From contig JBBRSP010000023.1 in the NCBI GenBank assembly GCA_038245295.1, positions 1 through 64,000 of the forward strand: DNA of 64,000 nt. The letters are read 5' to 3'. Positions within the stretch are counted from its first letter, which is position 1; the number at the start of each line of letters is the position of its first letter. The notes under the pieces were generated by a model. It was not told where the DNA came from. It ran no database searches and worked only from the letters and a program-made list of their open reading frames with translations. Below are positions 9,415-20,460 of this stretch, piece after piece. Source of the stretch: Candidatus Binatia bacterium. GTDB lineage: Bacteria; Desulfobacterota; Binatia; HRBIN30. A program made the translations under genes and the position numbers.

Positions 9415-9652
9415 CGTCGTGGTCTTCGTGAGCGATACATCGTTGGGATCTGTTCTGGTGTCTACCTGGGCGGGCACGAGCCAGCATTCGCTAGGAACGC
9501 CCGCCGCGCGATCGACGGCGGGCGCGCGGCGCACGCCTCGCGTTGACTTCAGAAATTCCTGCGGCTACCACGCTTTCTTGTTATTGGACACGGAGATAGG
9601 CCTGGATGGGTGTCATCCGGGCCTTCTTTGTAATTGGCCCTAAGGAGGCTGT

Positions 9653-10969
9653 GTGAAAGTCTGCGTCATCGGCACGGGCTACGTTGGTCTGGTTGCCGGT
9701 ACCTGCTTTGCCGAGAGCGGCAATGATGTCGTTTGCGTCGATGTCGACGAGAACAAGATCAACCGGTTGCGCCAGGGTATCGTGCCGATCTACGAGCCCG
9801 GTCTCGAAGAGCTCATCAAGCGCAACGTCGCCGAAGGGCGGCTCATTTTTACGACGGATCTCGCCGACGGTGTCTGCAAGTCGCTGATCTGTTTTGTCGC
9901 CGTCGGTACGCCACAAAGTGAGGACGGCAGCGCCGACCTGACCGCCGTGTTGAAGGTCGCCGATGCGATCGGCGCCGCCATGAACGACTACAAGGTCGTC
10001 GTCGATAAGAGCACCGTACCGGTCGGAACCGCCGAGAAGGTTCGCAAGGCGATCGCGGCGCGCACCAATCATGCTTTTGATGTCGTCTCGAATCCCGAGT
10101 TCTTGAAAGAGGGCGCGGCGATCGACGATTTCATGAAGCCGGATCGTGTGGTCATCGGTAGCGACAGCGCCAAGGCGACTGAGATCATGAAGGAGCTCTA
10201 CGGGCCCTTCGTGAGGACCGAGCAGCCCATCGTCGTCATGAGCGCGGCCAGCGCCGAGATGACCAAGTACTGCGGCAACGCCATGCTGGCGGCGCGTATC
10301 TCGCTCATGAACGAGTTTGCCAACCTGTGTGAGCGCGTCGGCGCCGACATCGACGACGTGCGTCGCGGCATCGGCTTCGACAAACGCATCGGCCAACACT
10401 TCCTCTTCCCCGGTGTCGGCTACGGCGGCTCCTGTTTTCCAAAGGATGTCAAAGCCGTCATCCGTACGGCCAAGGAGCACGATCTCGATTTTCGCATGCT
10501 CGGTGCGGCTGAGGCGGTCAACGAACGACAGAAGCGTACGCTGTTCGAAAAGGTTGCTTCGCACTTCGACAATAAGCTCAAGGGTAAGAAGTTCGCTGTC
10601 TGGGGCCTGGCGTTCAAGCCGCGCACCGACGACATGCGCGAAGCTCCGGCGATCACCATCATCGATGCGCTGCTCGATGCCGGTGCCAGTGTGCATGCCC
10701 ATGACCCGGAAGCCCTCGAAGAAGGGCGCAAGGTGTGGGGCGATCGCATCCAGTATCATCGCGTCAACTACGAAGCGCTCGATGGCGCCGACGCGTTGTT
10801 GATCGTCACCGAATGGAACGAATTCCGCCGACCGGATTTCGAGCGCATCAAGAAGGCGATGAAGCATCCGGTCATTTTTGACGGACGCAACATCTACGAT
10901 CCGCAGGATATGCGGCAACGCGGTTTCGTCTACTACTCCGTCGGCCGCCGACCGGTCCGTCCCGAGTAG
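9653..10969 (+). CDS. ugd: UDP-glucose 6-dehydrogenase
   Basis: [43 protein letters not shown] motifs. Confidence 0.95.
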   Translation: MKVCVIGTGYVGLVAGTCFAESGNDVVCVDVDENKINRLRQGIVPIYEPGLEELIKRNVAEGRLIFTTDLADGVCKSLICFVAVGTPQSEDGSADLTAVLKVADAIGAAMNDYKVVVDKSTVPVGTAEKVRKAIAARTNHAFDVVSNPEFLKEGAAIDDFMKPDRVVIGSDSAKATEIMKELYGPFVRTEQPIVVMSAASAEMTKYCGNAMLAARISLMNEFANLCERVGADIDDVRRGIGFDKRIGQHFLFPGVGYGGSCFPKDVKAVIRTAKEHDLDFRMLGAAEAVNERQKRTLFEKVASHFDNKLKGKKFAVWGLAFKPRTDDMREAPAITIIDALLDAGASVHAHDPEALEEGRKVWGDRIQYHRVNYEALDGADALLIVTEWNEFRRPDFERIKKAMKHPVIFDGRNIYDPQDMRQRGFVYYSVGRRPVRPE

Positions 10970-10990
10970 TCGGGCAACAGGAGGGCGCTC

Positions 10991-11950
10991 ATGGCACGAA
11001 TCCTCATCACCGGTGGCGCGGGCTTCATCGGCTCGCACTTGTCGGATCGCCTGCTCGGCGACGGGCATGAAGTCATCGCCCTCGACAATCTGTTCACCGG
11101 ACATCCGCGCAACATCGGGCATCTGTCGGGGCACGAACGTTTCAAGTTCATCAAACACGATGTAACCGAGTACATGTACGTCGATGGCAAACTCGACGCG
11201 ATCATGCACCTCGCATCGCTGCCAAGTCCGGTCGACTATCTGCGTGAACCCATCAAGACCCTCAAGGTCGGCGCCCTTGGGACACATAAGGCGCTCGGCC
11301 TGGCGCGCGCCCACAAGGCGAAGTTCTTCCTGGCCTCGACCTCCGAGGTTTACGGCGATCCGAAAGTCCATCCGCAGCCCGAGACCTACTGGGGCAACGT
11401 CAATCCGATCGGTCCGCGCGGCGTCTACGACGAATCGAAGCGCTACGCCGAAGCGATGACGATGGCGTACCATCGCTACCACGGCATCGACACGCGGATT
11501 GTCCGCATCTTCAACACCTATGGACCACGGATGCGCCCCGACGATGGGCGTGTGGTGACCAACTTCATCGGCCAGGGCCTGCGTGGTCGGCCTTTGACGG
11601 TCTACGACGATGGAGCGCGTACACGCAGCTTCTGTTTTGTCAGCGATCTCGTCGAAGGCTTTGTTCGCTTGTTGAACTCGAACGAGGTCGATCCGGTGAA
11701 CCTTGGCAATCCGAGTGAGATGACGGTCCTCGAGTTCGCCAAGACGGTCCAACGATTGACGGGCGGCAAGTCGGAGATCAACTTTGTCGCACCAAACGAC
11801 GAGCGCACCAAGGATGATCCGCTGATCCGTCAGCCCGACATTACCAAGGCGCGCACCATTCTCGGTTGGGAGCCCAAGGTCGGGCTCGAAGCGGGCTTGG
11901 GGAAAACGATCGACTACTTCCGCGGACTGCTCGCGGCGGAGGGCAAATGA
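10991..11950 (+). CDS. UDP-glucuronate decarboxylase (UDP-xylose synthase) family SDR
   Basis: [40 protein letters not shown]. Confidence 0.9.
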   Translation: MARILITGGAGFIGSHLSDRLLGDGHEVIALDNLFTGHPRNIGHLSGHERFKFIKHDVTEYMYVDGKLDAIMHLASLPSPVDYLREPIKTLKVGALGTHKALGLARAHKAKFFLASTSEVYGDPKVHPQPETYWGNVNPIGPRGVYDESKRYAEAMTMAYHRYHGIDTRIVRIFNTYGPRMRPDDGRVVTNFIGQGLRGRPLTVYDDGARTRSFCFVSDLVEGFVRLLNSNEVDPVNLGNPSEMTVLEFAKTVQRLTGGKSEINFVAPNDERTKDDPLIRQPDITKARTILGWEPKVGLEAGLGKTIDYFRGLLAAEGK

Positions 11951-12870
11951 AAATTCTGGTTACCGGCGGCGCGGGGTTCATCGCCTCGCACGTGGCCGAC
12001 GCCTTCATCGCGGCAGGCCATCAAGTGGCGATCCTGGACGACCTGTCGTCGGGTAAGCGCGAGAACATCAATCCCAAGGCGACGTTCTACCAGATGGACG
12101 TGCAGGACCCGAAGGTCGCGGATGTTTTCCGCACGGAGAAGCCAGAAGTCCTCTGCCATCACGCGGCGCAGATGGATGTTCGACGCTCCGTGGCTGATCC
12201 GCAGTTTGACGCTCGTGCCAATATCCTCGGCTTGCTTAACCTGATGGAGAACGGCCGTCAGAATGGTCTCAAGCGCGTGACATTCTCGTCGACGGGTGGT
12301 GCGATCTATGGTGAGCAGGAAGTCTTCCCGTGTGCCGAGGCGCACCCGACGAATCCGCTGAGTCCCTACGGCATCGCCAAGTTAGCGAGCGAGAAGTACC
12401 TGTTTTTCTATCACGCGCAGTACGGCATCTCGTACACGGCGTTGCGTTACGCGAACGTCTTCGGCCCGCGCCAGAACCCGCACGGAGAAGCCGGTGTCGT
12501 GGCCATCTTCAGCGAAAGACTGCTGCGCGGCGAGCAGCCGGTGATCAACGGTGACGGCAAGCAGACACGCGACTACATCTTCGTCGGTGACCTGGTGCGC
12601 GCCAATGTTGCGGCGCTTACCTCGGACTACGTTGGTGCGTTGAATCTCGGCAACGGCATCGAGACCGACGTCAACCAACTCTTTGGCCACCTGCGCACCC
12701 TCTGTGGTTCGTCGGCGCCGGAACAGCACGGTCCCGGCAAGGCAGGCGAGCAGAAGCGCAGTGTCATCGACAACTCCCTGGCGAAGAAGATTCTCGGCTG
12801 GAGTCCGCACGTGACTCTGGAGCAGGGACTGCGTGAGACGGTCGAGTTCTTCCGCAAGAAGGCACACTGA
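11947..12870 (+). CDS. NAD-dependent epimerase (UDP-glucose 4-epimerase-like)
   Basis: [38 protein letters not shown] overlap with the previous gene. Confidence 0.9.
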   Translation: MKILVTGGAGFIASHVADAFIAAGHQVAILDDLSSGKRENINPKATFYQMDVQDPKVADVFRTEKPEVLCHHAAQMDVRRSVADPQFDARANILGLLNLMENGRQNGLKRVTFSSTGGAIYGEQEVFPCAEAHPTNPLSPYGIAKLASEKYLFFYHAQYGISYTALRYANVFGPRQNPHGEAGVVAIFSERLLRGEQPVINGDGKQTRDYIFVGDLVRANVAALTSDYVGALNLGNGIETDVNQLFGHLRTLCGSSAPEQHGPGKAGEQKRSVIDNSLAKKILGWSPHVTLEQGLRETVEFFRKKAH

Positions 12871-12891
12871 GGGGGCTGCAAAGCCCGCAGC

Positions 12892-14691
12892 ATGGATAGT
12901 TCGCACATCCGCAATTTCTCGATCATCGCGCACATCGATCACGGCAAATCGACACTCGCCGATCGGTTGCTGGAGTTCACCGGCACGATTACCGAGCGCG
13001 AGAGCAAGGCGCAGAACCTCGACAGCATGGACCTCGAGCGTGAGCGCGGCATCACGATCAAGGCGAGCGCCGTACGCCTGCATTACAAGGCGCGCAACGG
13101 TGAAGACTATATCCTCAACTTGATCGACACCCCGGGCCACGTTGATTTTACCTACGAAGTGTCGCGCAGCCTGTCGGCCTGTGAGGGGGCGTTACTCGTT
13201 GTCGACGCCGTTCAGGGCGTTGAGGCGCAGACGCTGGCCAACGCCTACCTCGCACTCGATGCCAATCTGGAGATCCTGCCGGTCATCAACAAGATCGATC
13301 TGCCCGGTGCCGATGTCGAACGGGTGCGTGCCGAGATCGAAGAGGTCATCGGGCTCGATGCCACCGCCGCCGTGCCGGCCAGCGCCAAGCAGGGTATCGG
13401 CACCGAAGAAGTGTTGGAATCGTTGATCCGTGACTTCCCGCCGCCCAAGGGTGATCCCAAGGCGCCGCTGAAGGCGTTGATGTTCGACAGCTGGTTCGAT
13501 CCGTACAGTGGTGTGATCATCGTCGTGCGCGTGTTGGACGGTTCGCTGCGTAAGGGTACACGCATCTTGCTGATGGCGACGGGGCGGTCGTACGAAGTTC
13601 TGCGCGTCGGTGTGTTTGCGCCGCGCCCGCAAGACGTCGACGAGCTCACTGTCGGCGAGGTCGGCTTCGTCGTTGCCGGCATCAAACAGGTGAACGAAAC
13701 GCAGATCGGCGACACGGTCACCGACGCGACTCGCCCGACGGCGGCACCACTGCCCGGCTTCAAAGCCGTGAAGGCGATGGTGTTCAGCGGCCTCTATCCT
13801 TCCGAAACGTCGCACTACGAGTTGCTGCGCGACGCGGTGGAGAAGCTGCAGCTCAACGACTCGTCATTCTCGTTCGAGCCCGAGAACTCGGTCGCCCTCG
13901 GCTTCGGATTCCGTTGCGGTTTTCTCGGCTTGCTGCACATGGAGATCATTCGCGAGCGGCTGGAGCGCGAGTTCGGTCTGACGCTGATTACGACGGCCCC
14001 GACCGTGGCGTATCGTGTCACCACCACGGCCAATGCCGTGCTCACCGTCGATAGCCCGGCGAAGCTGCCACCCATCCAGAACATTGCCAAGATCGAAGAA
14101 CCGATCATCCTGGCCAGCATTCACGTGCCGGAGACCTATCTCGGCGGTGTGCTGGCGTTGTGCCAGGAGAAGCGTGGCCGTCAACGCGAGCTCAAGTATC
14201 TCGGCCGCAGCCGGGTCCTGCTCACCTACGAGCTGCCACTGAACGAGGTCGTTCTCGATTTCTTCGATCGCTTGAAGTCGGTCAGTAAGGGCTATGCGTC
14301 GCTCGACTACGATTTCATCGAGATGCGCGAATCGGATCTGGTCAAGCTCGACGTGCGGATCAACGACGAGCCGGTAGACGCTTTGTCGCTGATCGTGCAT
14401 CGCGACCGCTCCTATCCGCGCGGCCGCGAGCTCACCGAGAAGATGCGCGAGCTGATTCCGCGACAGATGTTCGAGGTGGCGATTCAGGCCTCGATTGGCG
14501 GAAAGATCATTGCTCGCGAGACGGTGAAAGCAATTCGTAAAAATGTGACCGCGAAATGCTATGGCGGAGACATCAGCCGCAAGCGTAAACTGCTTGAGAA
14601 GCAGAAAGAGGGTAAGAAGCGCATGAAGCAGGTTGGGCGGGTAGAGATCCCCCAGGAGGCGTTTCTAGCCGTGCTGAAAATCGAAAGCTGA
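12892..14691 (+). CDS. lepA: Translation elongation factor 4
   Basis: [56 protein letters not shown]. Confidence 0.99.
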   Translation: MDSSHIRNFSIIAHIDHGKSTLADRLLEFTGTITERESKAQNLDSMDLERERGITIKASAVRLHYKARNGEDYILNLIDTPGHVDFTYEVSRSLSACEGALLVVDAVQGVEAQTLANAYLALDANLEILPVINKIDLPGADVERVRAEIEEVIGLDATAAVPASAKQGIGTEEVLESLIRDFPPPKGDPKAPLKALMFDSWFDPYSGVIIVVRVLDGSLRKGTRILLMATGRSYEVLRVGVFAPRPQDVDELTVGEVGFVVAGIKQVNETQIGDTVTDATRPTAAPLPGFKAVKAMVFSGLYPSETSHYELLRDAVEKLQLNDSSFSFEPENSVALGFGFRCGFLGLLHMEIIRERLEREFGLTLITTAPTVAYRVTTTANAVLTVDSPAKLPPIQNIAKIEEPIILASIHVPETYLGGVLALCQEKRGRQRELKYLGRSRVLLTYELPLNEVVLDFFDRLKSVSKGYASLDYDFIEMRESDLVKLDVRINDEPVDALSLIVHRDRSYPRGRELTEKMRELIPRQMFEVAIQASIGGKIIARETVKAIRKNVTAKCYGGDISRKRKLLEKQKEGKKRMKQVGRVEIPQEAFLAVLKIES

Positions 14692-14767
14692 GACTCGCAC
14701 GCATTTACATCATGCAATCGCTGTGGAAGCATCCGCCCGTCGTGATTGCGTGGGTGGAGGTCGGAGG

Positions 14768-17221
14768 ATGGAAGTGAATCATACACTCAGGTGGATCTGG
14801 GTCGTGCCGCTGATGCTGCTGGCGCAGACGGCGGGTGCGCAAAGTACAATATTTCGAGCCGCAAAGACCTTCGGTCTTGGTGGTACTCCCGAAGGGGCCA
14901 CCGGGGTCGTTGTGCTAGCGGATATTGGTTCTCCGGATGGCGGCCTCGATAGAAAGCTCGACTTCGTGGGTGCTGGCCAGAATCAATTCCTTCCGATTCT
15001 GTTCGGCAAAGGCGACGGCACGTTTTCGATCGGAGCGGGTGTCGATGTCGGGACAATTCCTACGGCCGTGGCAGTCGGGAATCTCGACGGTGATCAGTTC
15101 CCCGACATCGTTGTTCTCGACGCGGGGAACACCGGTAGCACCTGGCGCGGTGTCGGAGACGGTACGTTCACCAACTCTGGAGTGACGTTTGCCGCCGGAT
15201 CAATCCCCGCCGCGGTGGTGCTGGCCGATATCAATCACGATCAGAAGCTCGATGTGTTGATTGCCGACGAAGGGTCGCAGAATGGCCGTCTCACGGTTCT
15301 GTTGGGCAACGGCGACCTGACCTTCACGCCACTGGTCGACTCGTTTGTCTCTGGCTTTGGCTCATCCGCTCTCGTGGCGCTTGACCTCAATCGCGACAAC
15401 AACATCGACGTGGCTGTCGCCAATGAAGGCAGCGACGACGTGTATATCTTCCGCGGCGACGGCACAGGTGGGCTGACCCAACAACAGATTGTTCATGTGG
15501 GCAAGGCACCGAATGGTATCGCCGCTGCCGATCTGAATCGCGATGGCCGCATCGACCTGGTCGTCTCGAATCGCGATAGCGATTCTGTGGCGGTCCTCGA
15601 CGGTCAGCCGGACGGTAGCTTCGCCGCCGCGCGCTTCTTCCCCTGCGGTAGCGCCGCCGCCTCGCCGCGTGGCATCGCCGTGGGGGATGTCGATATGGAC
15701 GGCGATCCGGACGTGCTGGTCGCAAACAATTTCAGCTTCGACGTAGGCGTGCTGCTTGGTGACGGCCATGGTGGACTCGGGGCGCCGCACGGGTTCGTGG
15801 CTGACTTCGAGCCGTTGGGTGTTGCCGCCGGTGATCTCAATGGTGACGGTGCGATTGATGCCGTCGCTGTGACGCGCGGGCGTGATGCTCCGACAGCGGC
15901 CGTCCTCCTCAGTCTGGGAACCGGTTCCTTGTCTGGAGTTGGCAACCTGCCTGTCGACCCGAACCCGACGGGCCTGGTCGCGGGAGATGTGAACGACGAT
16001 GGTCGTGCCGATCTGATCGTTGCACACGCTGGCGCGGATCAAGATCCATCGAGCATCCGGGTGTTGCTGTCGACTCTCGGCGGCGGCTTCAAGGATGGTG
16101 TTGCCGCCAGCGTCAGTGGCGACGCGGTCTCTATCGCGTCGGGCGATGTGAACCGTGACGGCCGACTCGACTTCGCGGTTCTCAACCGCCAGGGCGGTAC
16201 GGCTCAGGTCTTCCTTGGGCGTGCCACGGGCGGGTTTGCGGCGCCTCTCGAAGTCCCGGTCGGCAGCTCGGCCAACGCTCTGATCATGGGCGACTGGAAC
16301 GGTGATGGACGCAGCGACCTCGCGGTGATCCGCCAACCAACGACTGGCCCTGGGCAACTCGTCACACTGCTGGCGAAGGCTACCGGCGGCTTCGCCGATC
16401 CCGTCTCGGTGAACGTCGATCAGTTGCCTTTCGGACTCGACTCGGCGGACGTCAATGAGGATGGCAAGCTTGATATCCTGGTGGCCAACAACGCCACGAA
16501 CAACATCTCCATCCTGCTGGGCAACGGCAACGGGACATTTCAGACCGCGACATCGGTTCTGGTCGGCGGCGTCGGCCCACGATCGATCGCTCTCGCCGAC
16601 TTTGACCGCGACGGCCACGATGACATTGCCGTGAGTTTGTCGACCGGCAACTCTGTGCAGGTGTTGTTTGGCAACGGCCAGGGCCGATTCCCGGATACCC
16701 TATCGCGTGCGCTATCGATTGGTGGAATTCCCTCGTCTGTCGCAGCGCGTGATGTCACCGGCGACGGCAATCCCGATATTCTCGTCACCGATGAAGTGAA
16801 TAGCGTCGTGCGCGTGTTCGCCCGTTCGGTGGCCAACGTTCGTGCCTTCTCCACATCCGACACCGTCCAGGTAAACCGGCGACCCATCGGTATCGTTACC
16901 GCCGACTTCGACGACAGTGGCACGTACGATGTCGGGACGGCGAATAGTTCGGCATCGGCGACCGCGTCGGTTTTATCCAACATCAAGCCCTCAACCCTGC
17001 ATCGCGGCGACGCGAATAGTGATGGGGTCTTGTCGGCCGCTGACTTCGTCCCCGTCGTTCGCGAGCTCGCTGATGGCGTCAATAAGCGCGCCGATGATGT
17101 TGGCCGTGGCAGTGTTCCCAGCAGCCTGGCGGTCGACGCCAACGGCGATGGTCGCGTGACCCTGCAGGACCTGCGCGCGGTGACCCATCGCATCTTCAAC
17201 GTTGTGCCGGTGGGACTGTAA
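14768..17221 (+). CDS. Secreted FG-GAP/VCBS repeat protein with C-terminal dockerin-like domain
   Basis: Signal peptide; more than 10 DxNxDGxxD repeats; C-terminal GDANSDGVLSAADF...DANGDGRVTLQDL. Confidence 0.9.
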   Translation: MEVNHTLRWIWVVPLMLLAQTAGAQSTIFRAAKTFGLGGTPEGATGVVVLADIGSPDGGLDRKLDFVGAGQNQFLPILFGKGDGTFSIGAGVDVGTIPTAVAVGNLDGDQFPDIVVLDAGNTGSTWRGVGDGTFTNSGVTFAAGSIPAAVVLADINHDQKLDVLIADEGSQNGRLTVLLGNGDLTFTPLVDSFVSGFGSSALVALDLNRDNNIDVAVANEGSDDVYIFRGDGTGGLTQQQIVHVGKAPNGIAAADLNRDGRIDLVVSNRDSDSVAVLDGQPDGSFAAARFFPCGSAAASPRGIAVGDVDMDGDPDVLVANNFSFDVGVLLGDGHGGLGAPHGFVADFEPLGVAAGDLNGDGAIDAVAVTRGRDAPTAAVLLSLGTGSLSGVGNLPVDPNPTGLVAGDVNDDGRADLIVAHAGADQDPSSIRVLLSTLGGGFKDGVAASVSGDAVSIASGDVNRDGRLDFAVLNRQGGTAQVFLGRATGGFAAPLEVPVGSSANALIMGDWNGDGRSDLAVIRQPTTGPGQLVTLLAKATGGFADPVSVNVDQLPFGLDSADVNEDGKLDILVANNATNNISILLGNGNGTFQTATSVLVGGVGPRSIALADFDRDGHDDIAVSLSTGNSVQVLFGNGQGRFPDTLSRALSIGGIPSSVAARDVTGDGNPDILVTDEVNSVVRVFARSVANVRAFSTSDTVQVNRRPIGIVTADFDDSGTYDVGTANSSASATASVLSNIKPSTLHRGDANSDGVLSAADFVPVVRELADGVNKRADDVGRGSVPSSLAVDANGDGRVTLQDLRAVTHRIFNVVPVGL

Positions 17222-17224
17222 GTC

Positions 17225-17662
17225 ATGCCGACGGAAGCCCAGCTCCAAGCGGAACTGCAAGCGGCGATGAAGGCTCGCGACAGTCAAAAGTTGTCCGTCC
17301 TGCGCGATGTCATCACCGCCGTGAAGAATCTGAAGGTCGAAAAAATGGTTCCGGCGCTGGCGGAGGCCGATGTTACCGGCCTGATGCGCAAGGAGATCAG
17401 CAAGCGCGCCGAAGCCATCGAGTTCGCCAAACAAGCGAATCGTCAAGACCTGATCGACAAAAACAACAGTGAGAAGGCGCTCCTGGAGGCCTACCTCCCG
17501 GCGCAAATCGACGCCGAACGTCTCGAAGCGATTGTGCGGGAAATCAGTGCTGAGGTGGGCTCGACGCAGATTGGCCCGGTGATGGCCAAGTTGCGCGAAC
17601 GTCATGCGGGTCAATACGACGGCAAACTAGCCAGCGAGCTCATCAAGAAGCTCGCCGGCTAG
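17225..17662 (+). CDS. GatB/YqeY domain protein
   Basis: AAMKARD, EAYLPAQ, IGPVM...GQYDGK pattern, 145 aa. Confidence 0.9.
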   Translation: MPTEAQLQAELQAAMKARDSQKLSVLRDVITAVKNLKVEKMVPALAEADVTGLMRKEISKRAEAIEFAKQANRQDLIDKNNSEKALLEAYLPAQIDAERLEAIVREISAEVGSTQIGPVMAKLRERHAGQYDGKLASELIKKLAG

Positions 17663-17705
17663 TTGCTTACTGTGTTCCTGATGCGGAGAGGCCGCCCGAC
17701 GTTGG

Positions 17706-17966
17706 TCAGGCGGCTTTCTGCGTTTTTGGCCTCTTCGGTACGAACCGACCGCGCCATGTGGCTTGCCACTGGCGTCCCGGACCCTCCAAGACCTTCACTT
17801 CTTCTGGATGTTCAAGCTCATGGATGCGCTTCAGAAGCGCTTCCGGGTCACTCCAACGCCCGAGGGTTGAGGAATATCTCTCGTCTTTGGCTTGCCACGC
17901 CTCCGTGACGTGGCCGGCGATTTCGATGCGAACGCGACGTAGGACAGACTCGCTCTGTTTTTTCAT
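17706..17966 (-). CDS. Small hypothetical protein
   Basis: ATG with GAGGA upstream, protein-like composition, fills the intergenic gap. Confidence 0.6.
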   Translation of the reverse strand: MKKQSESVLRRVRIEIAGHVTEAWQAKDERYSSTLGRWSDPEALLKRIHELEHPEEVKVLEGPGRQWQATWRGRFVPKRPKTQKAA

Positions 17967-18110
17967 GGTCAGTGTCCTCGAAACGCATTATGTGTTCGAC
18001 GAGGTCACTAGACAACCTACGAACTGTGTCATTTCCGCGAAACCTTTTCCCACGGTTGTTGCTTGGGACTCGAAATCGTCGAAGAGTGGTAAACCAGAGG
18101 AGGGCGTGGA

Positions 18111-18470
18111 ATGGCGAAGCGGGTTCTCGATCATGCGGCGGTCAGAGTCGCCGACGTGCGGCGTTCACGGCAGTTTTATGAAGAGTTGCTCGGGTTTGCC
18201 ACGGTCCCGCGTCCCGAGCTCGGCATTCCCGGCGTTTGGTATGGTCTTGGCGGCAGCCAGCTCCATTTGATCGAGATGCCGGCGGTGCCTGGCGGCGGGT
18301 TGAATCCTACCGATCCGCACTTCGCTGTCGAGGTCGACGACTTGCCGGCGCTGCGGGCTCGATTGGAGGGGGCCGGCTGCGAGATCCTGGCAATTGGCGA
18401 CCAGCAGATGTGGGTCCGCGATCCGGACGGATACACCGTCGAGCTCCGCGCTCCGGCGGCGATGCGTTAG
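18111..18470 (+). CDS. VOC/glyoxalase family protein
   Basis: LDHAAVRV, FYEELLGF, HFAVEV, RDPDGYTVEL. Confidence 0.9.
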   Translation: MAKRVLDHAAVRVADVRRSRQFYEELLGFATVPRPELGIPGVWYGLGGSQLHLIEMPAVPGGGLNPTDPHFAVEVDDLPALRARLEGAGCEILAIGDQQMWVRDPDGYTVELRAPAAMR

Positions 18471-18503
18471 CGCAACCGACTGTTGGTTTTAGGGGGATAG
18501 CGC

Positions 18504-19040
18504 TCACACCGCCGTATCGGCGGCGAGCTTGCGGAACAGGCGCTGGAACTCCCATTCGATCAACGCTCCGGCAACACCGACCTGACCGCCACCGAGTCGT
18601 ACGTAGACTCCGGTTGTCGATGGATTGCGAACGCCGATTTCGAGTGTCTTCGTCCCCTTGCCGCCCTTGAGCTGGATCTCGACCACGCCGTGGGGCGGAT
18701 CGAGGCCAAATTGAGCCAATTCATCGGGGCGTGTGTCGAGCTCGCTGAGCAGCCGCAGGGTGCTCACGTCCTTCAGAAACTCGGCGACCAGGCCCGGGTC
18801 CTGCCCGCTCCAACTGTCAGCTTGCCGAAGACTGGCGCGTTGTATGCCGTTGGCGCGCAGCACTATGCGCTCGACCTCGGCTACTGTAACCGCGACGAGG
18901 GGCGGGTTCGGGTTGATACTGTCGTCGTTCGGACTGCCGGTCGGCGCCGGTGCGGCGCCTGGATTATACCCGGCGCGATAGAGTAGCGCGCCTGTCACAG
19001 CCAGCAGAGCGAATAGAATAACGGTAACTCGGTGCCCCAT
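18504..19040 (-). CDS. DUF4340-like membrane-anchored periplasmic protein
   Basis: N-terminal TM, LAQFGLDPP...LEIG..NP...GVYVR; last gene of the Gld-like operon. Confidence 0.75.
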   Translation of the reverse strand: MGHRVTVILFALLAVTGALLYRAGYNPGAAPAPTGSPNDDSINPNPPLVAVTVAEVERIVLRANGIQRASLRQADSWSGQDPGLVAEFLKDVSTLRLLSELDTRPDELAQFGLDPPHGVVEIQLKGGKGTKTLEIGVRNPSTTGVYVRLGGGQVGVAGALIEWEFQRLFRKLAADTAV

Positions 19041-19041
19041 A

Positions 19042-20457
19042 TCATCGGCCCGAGCGTCGGCGCCGCCGCGTCGCGATGATCGTTCCGACGATCGCTACGG
19101 TCCCGGGAACCAACACGACGGCGATCCAGAACACGATCGAGTCTTGTCGCTCGGTCAGATAGATCGGCGAGATCGTTCCCTTCGGGGCGGACTTGTGGCG
19201 CACGGCAATGAGCTCGGAGTCTTCGACCAGAACTGCGGCTGCGCTGAGGAACAGGTCCTTGTTGCCGCGCCAACCCAGGGCCAGGTTCGTCCCGAAATCG
19301 GAATCACCGAAGACGAGCACCCGACCTTGGCGTTTCGGCGTGTCGTTTTGGTCAGTGTCGGGCGCCGACAGCTTGGTCGGTTCGGCAATCGTGATCAGCA
19401 GGCCGACCGGGAACGGGCCGGGCTTGTCGATCTCGCGACGAAACTTGGCGTCACGTTCGGGCAATACGTGATCGTTCATCACGTAGGCCCAGCTCTCTTC
19501 GCTGCTGTACGCCAGCGGGTACACTTTTGTCTTACGACTCACCTCGTCATCAATGGGAAACAGTGTGCGTGCGACAGGGAACACGGCGGCGTCAAGCTCG
19601 GCTCGCAACAGCTTGGGATTGAAGGCCGGTACTTGAAGCATCGAGCTATCGGTCCCCATGAGACGATTTCGCTCATCCATGACCACGTCATTGCCGGCAC
19701 GGACACCGAAGTCGGCGAGGAAGGTTTCAGCCGATTTCGAAGCGATCGGGTCGATCAGCAGGAGAACCTGCCCGCCATTGTCGACATAGTGTTCCAATTC
19801 ACCGAGCTCACCGGTCAAGAATTCCTTTGTCGGGCCGGCCAGCACTACGGCCGTGCATTCGGCCGGGATGCCTTTGGAAGGGACATTCTCGAGGATGTCT
19901 GATCCGATGTGATCGGCCTCGAGAGCCTTGCCGACTTCGCTGTATCCGGTGCGGTCGTTGTTGTCGAACGGGTTACGCTCACCGTGGCCGATGATGAAGC
20001 ACAGCTTGCGTTCGCCCGTGCGTGTCAATTTGAGTAGGGCGGTGGTGATTTCCTCTTCGTCGACGCCGCGCAGCGGGAACGACTTGTCTCCGGCCGAGAG
20101 CACGCCGCTGTTGGCATTCGACACGTTGTACTTCTGCGCCATCGCCGGGTTGCGGTCGAGGTCGTTCAACTGGAACGTGAAGTCGGGCGCCGCCTTGTGG
20201 AACAGCTGGAGGACGTCGATCATTTCGCGGCGTTGACCTTGCTCTTGGCTGCTGAAGAAGGCGGTCACCTTGACCGGGATCTTGAGGCCGGCGGCGACTC
20301 GTTGCGACGCGTCCGACAACACGAAGTGCTGCGTCGGGCTGAGATCGAATCTTTGATTGTAAACCTCCGCTAGCAAGATGGCGATCAGAAAAATCGCAAT
20401 CGCCAGCGCGATCTGCACGGCCGCCGCGAACCCGTGGCGTAGGGAAGAGGAGCCCAT
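19042..20457 (-). CDS. GldG-like ABC transporter auxiliary component
   Basis: RFDLS, GHGER, VVLAGP, VFGDSDF, GNKDLF, terminal TMs. Confidence 0.9.
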   Translation of the reverse strand: MGSSSLRHGFAAAVQIALAIAIFLIAILLAEVYNQRFDLSPTQHFVLSDASQRVAAGLKIPVKVTAFFSSQEQGQRREMIDVLQLFHKAAPDFTFQLNDLDRNPAMAQKYNVSNANSGVLSAGDKSFPLRGVDEEEITTALLKLTRTGERKLCFIIGHGERNPFDNNDRTGYSEVGKALEADHIGSDILENVPSKGIPAECTAVVLAGPTKEFLTGELGELEHYVDNGGQVLLLIDPIASKSAETFLADFGVRAGNDVVMDERNRLMGTDSSMLQVPAFNPKLLRAELDAAVFPVARTLFPIDDEVSRKTKVYPLAYSSEESWAYVMNDHVLPERDAKFRREIDKPGPFPVGLLITIAEPTKLSAPDTDQNDTPKRQGRVLVFGDSDFGTNLALGWRGNKDLFLSAAAVLVEDSELIAVRHKSAPKGTISPIYLTERQDSIVFWIAVVLVPGTVAIVGTIIATRRRRRSGR

Positions 20458-20460
20458 CGA

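Noticed and set aside
9581..11752. 723-aa minus-strand ORF
   Set aside because: Antisense shadow of ugd and uxs, typical of high-GC coding DNA
15362..16618. 418-aa minus-strand ORF
   Set aside because: Antisense to the FG-GAP gene, no motifs
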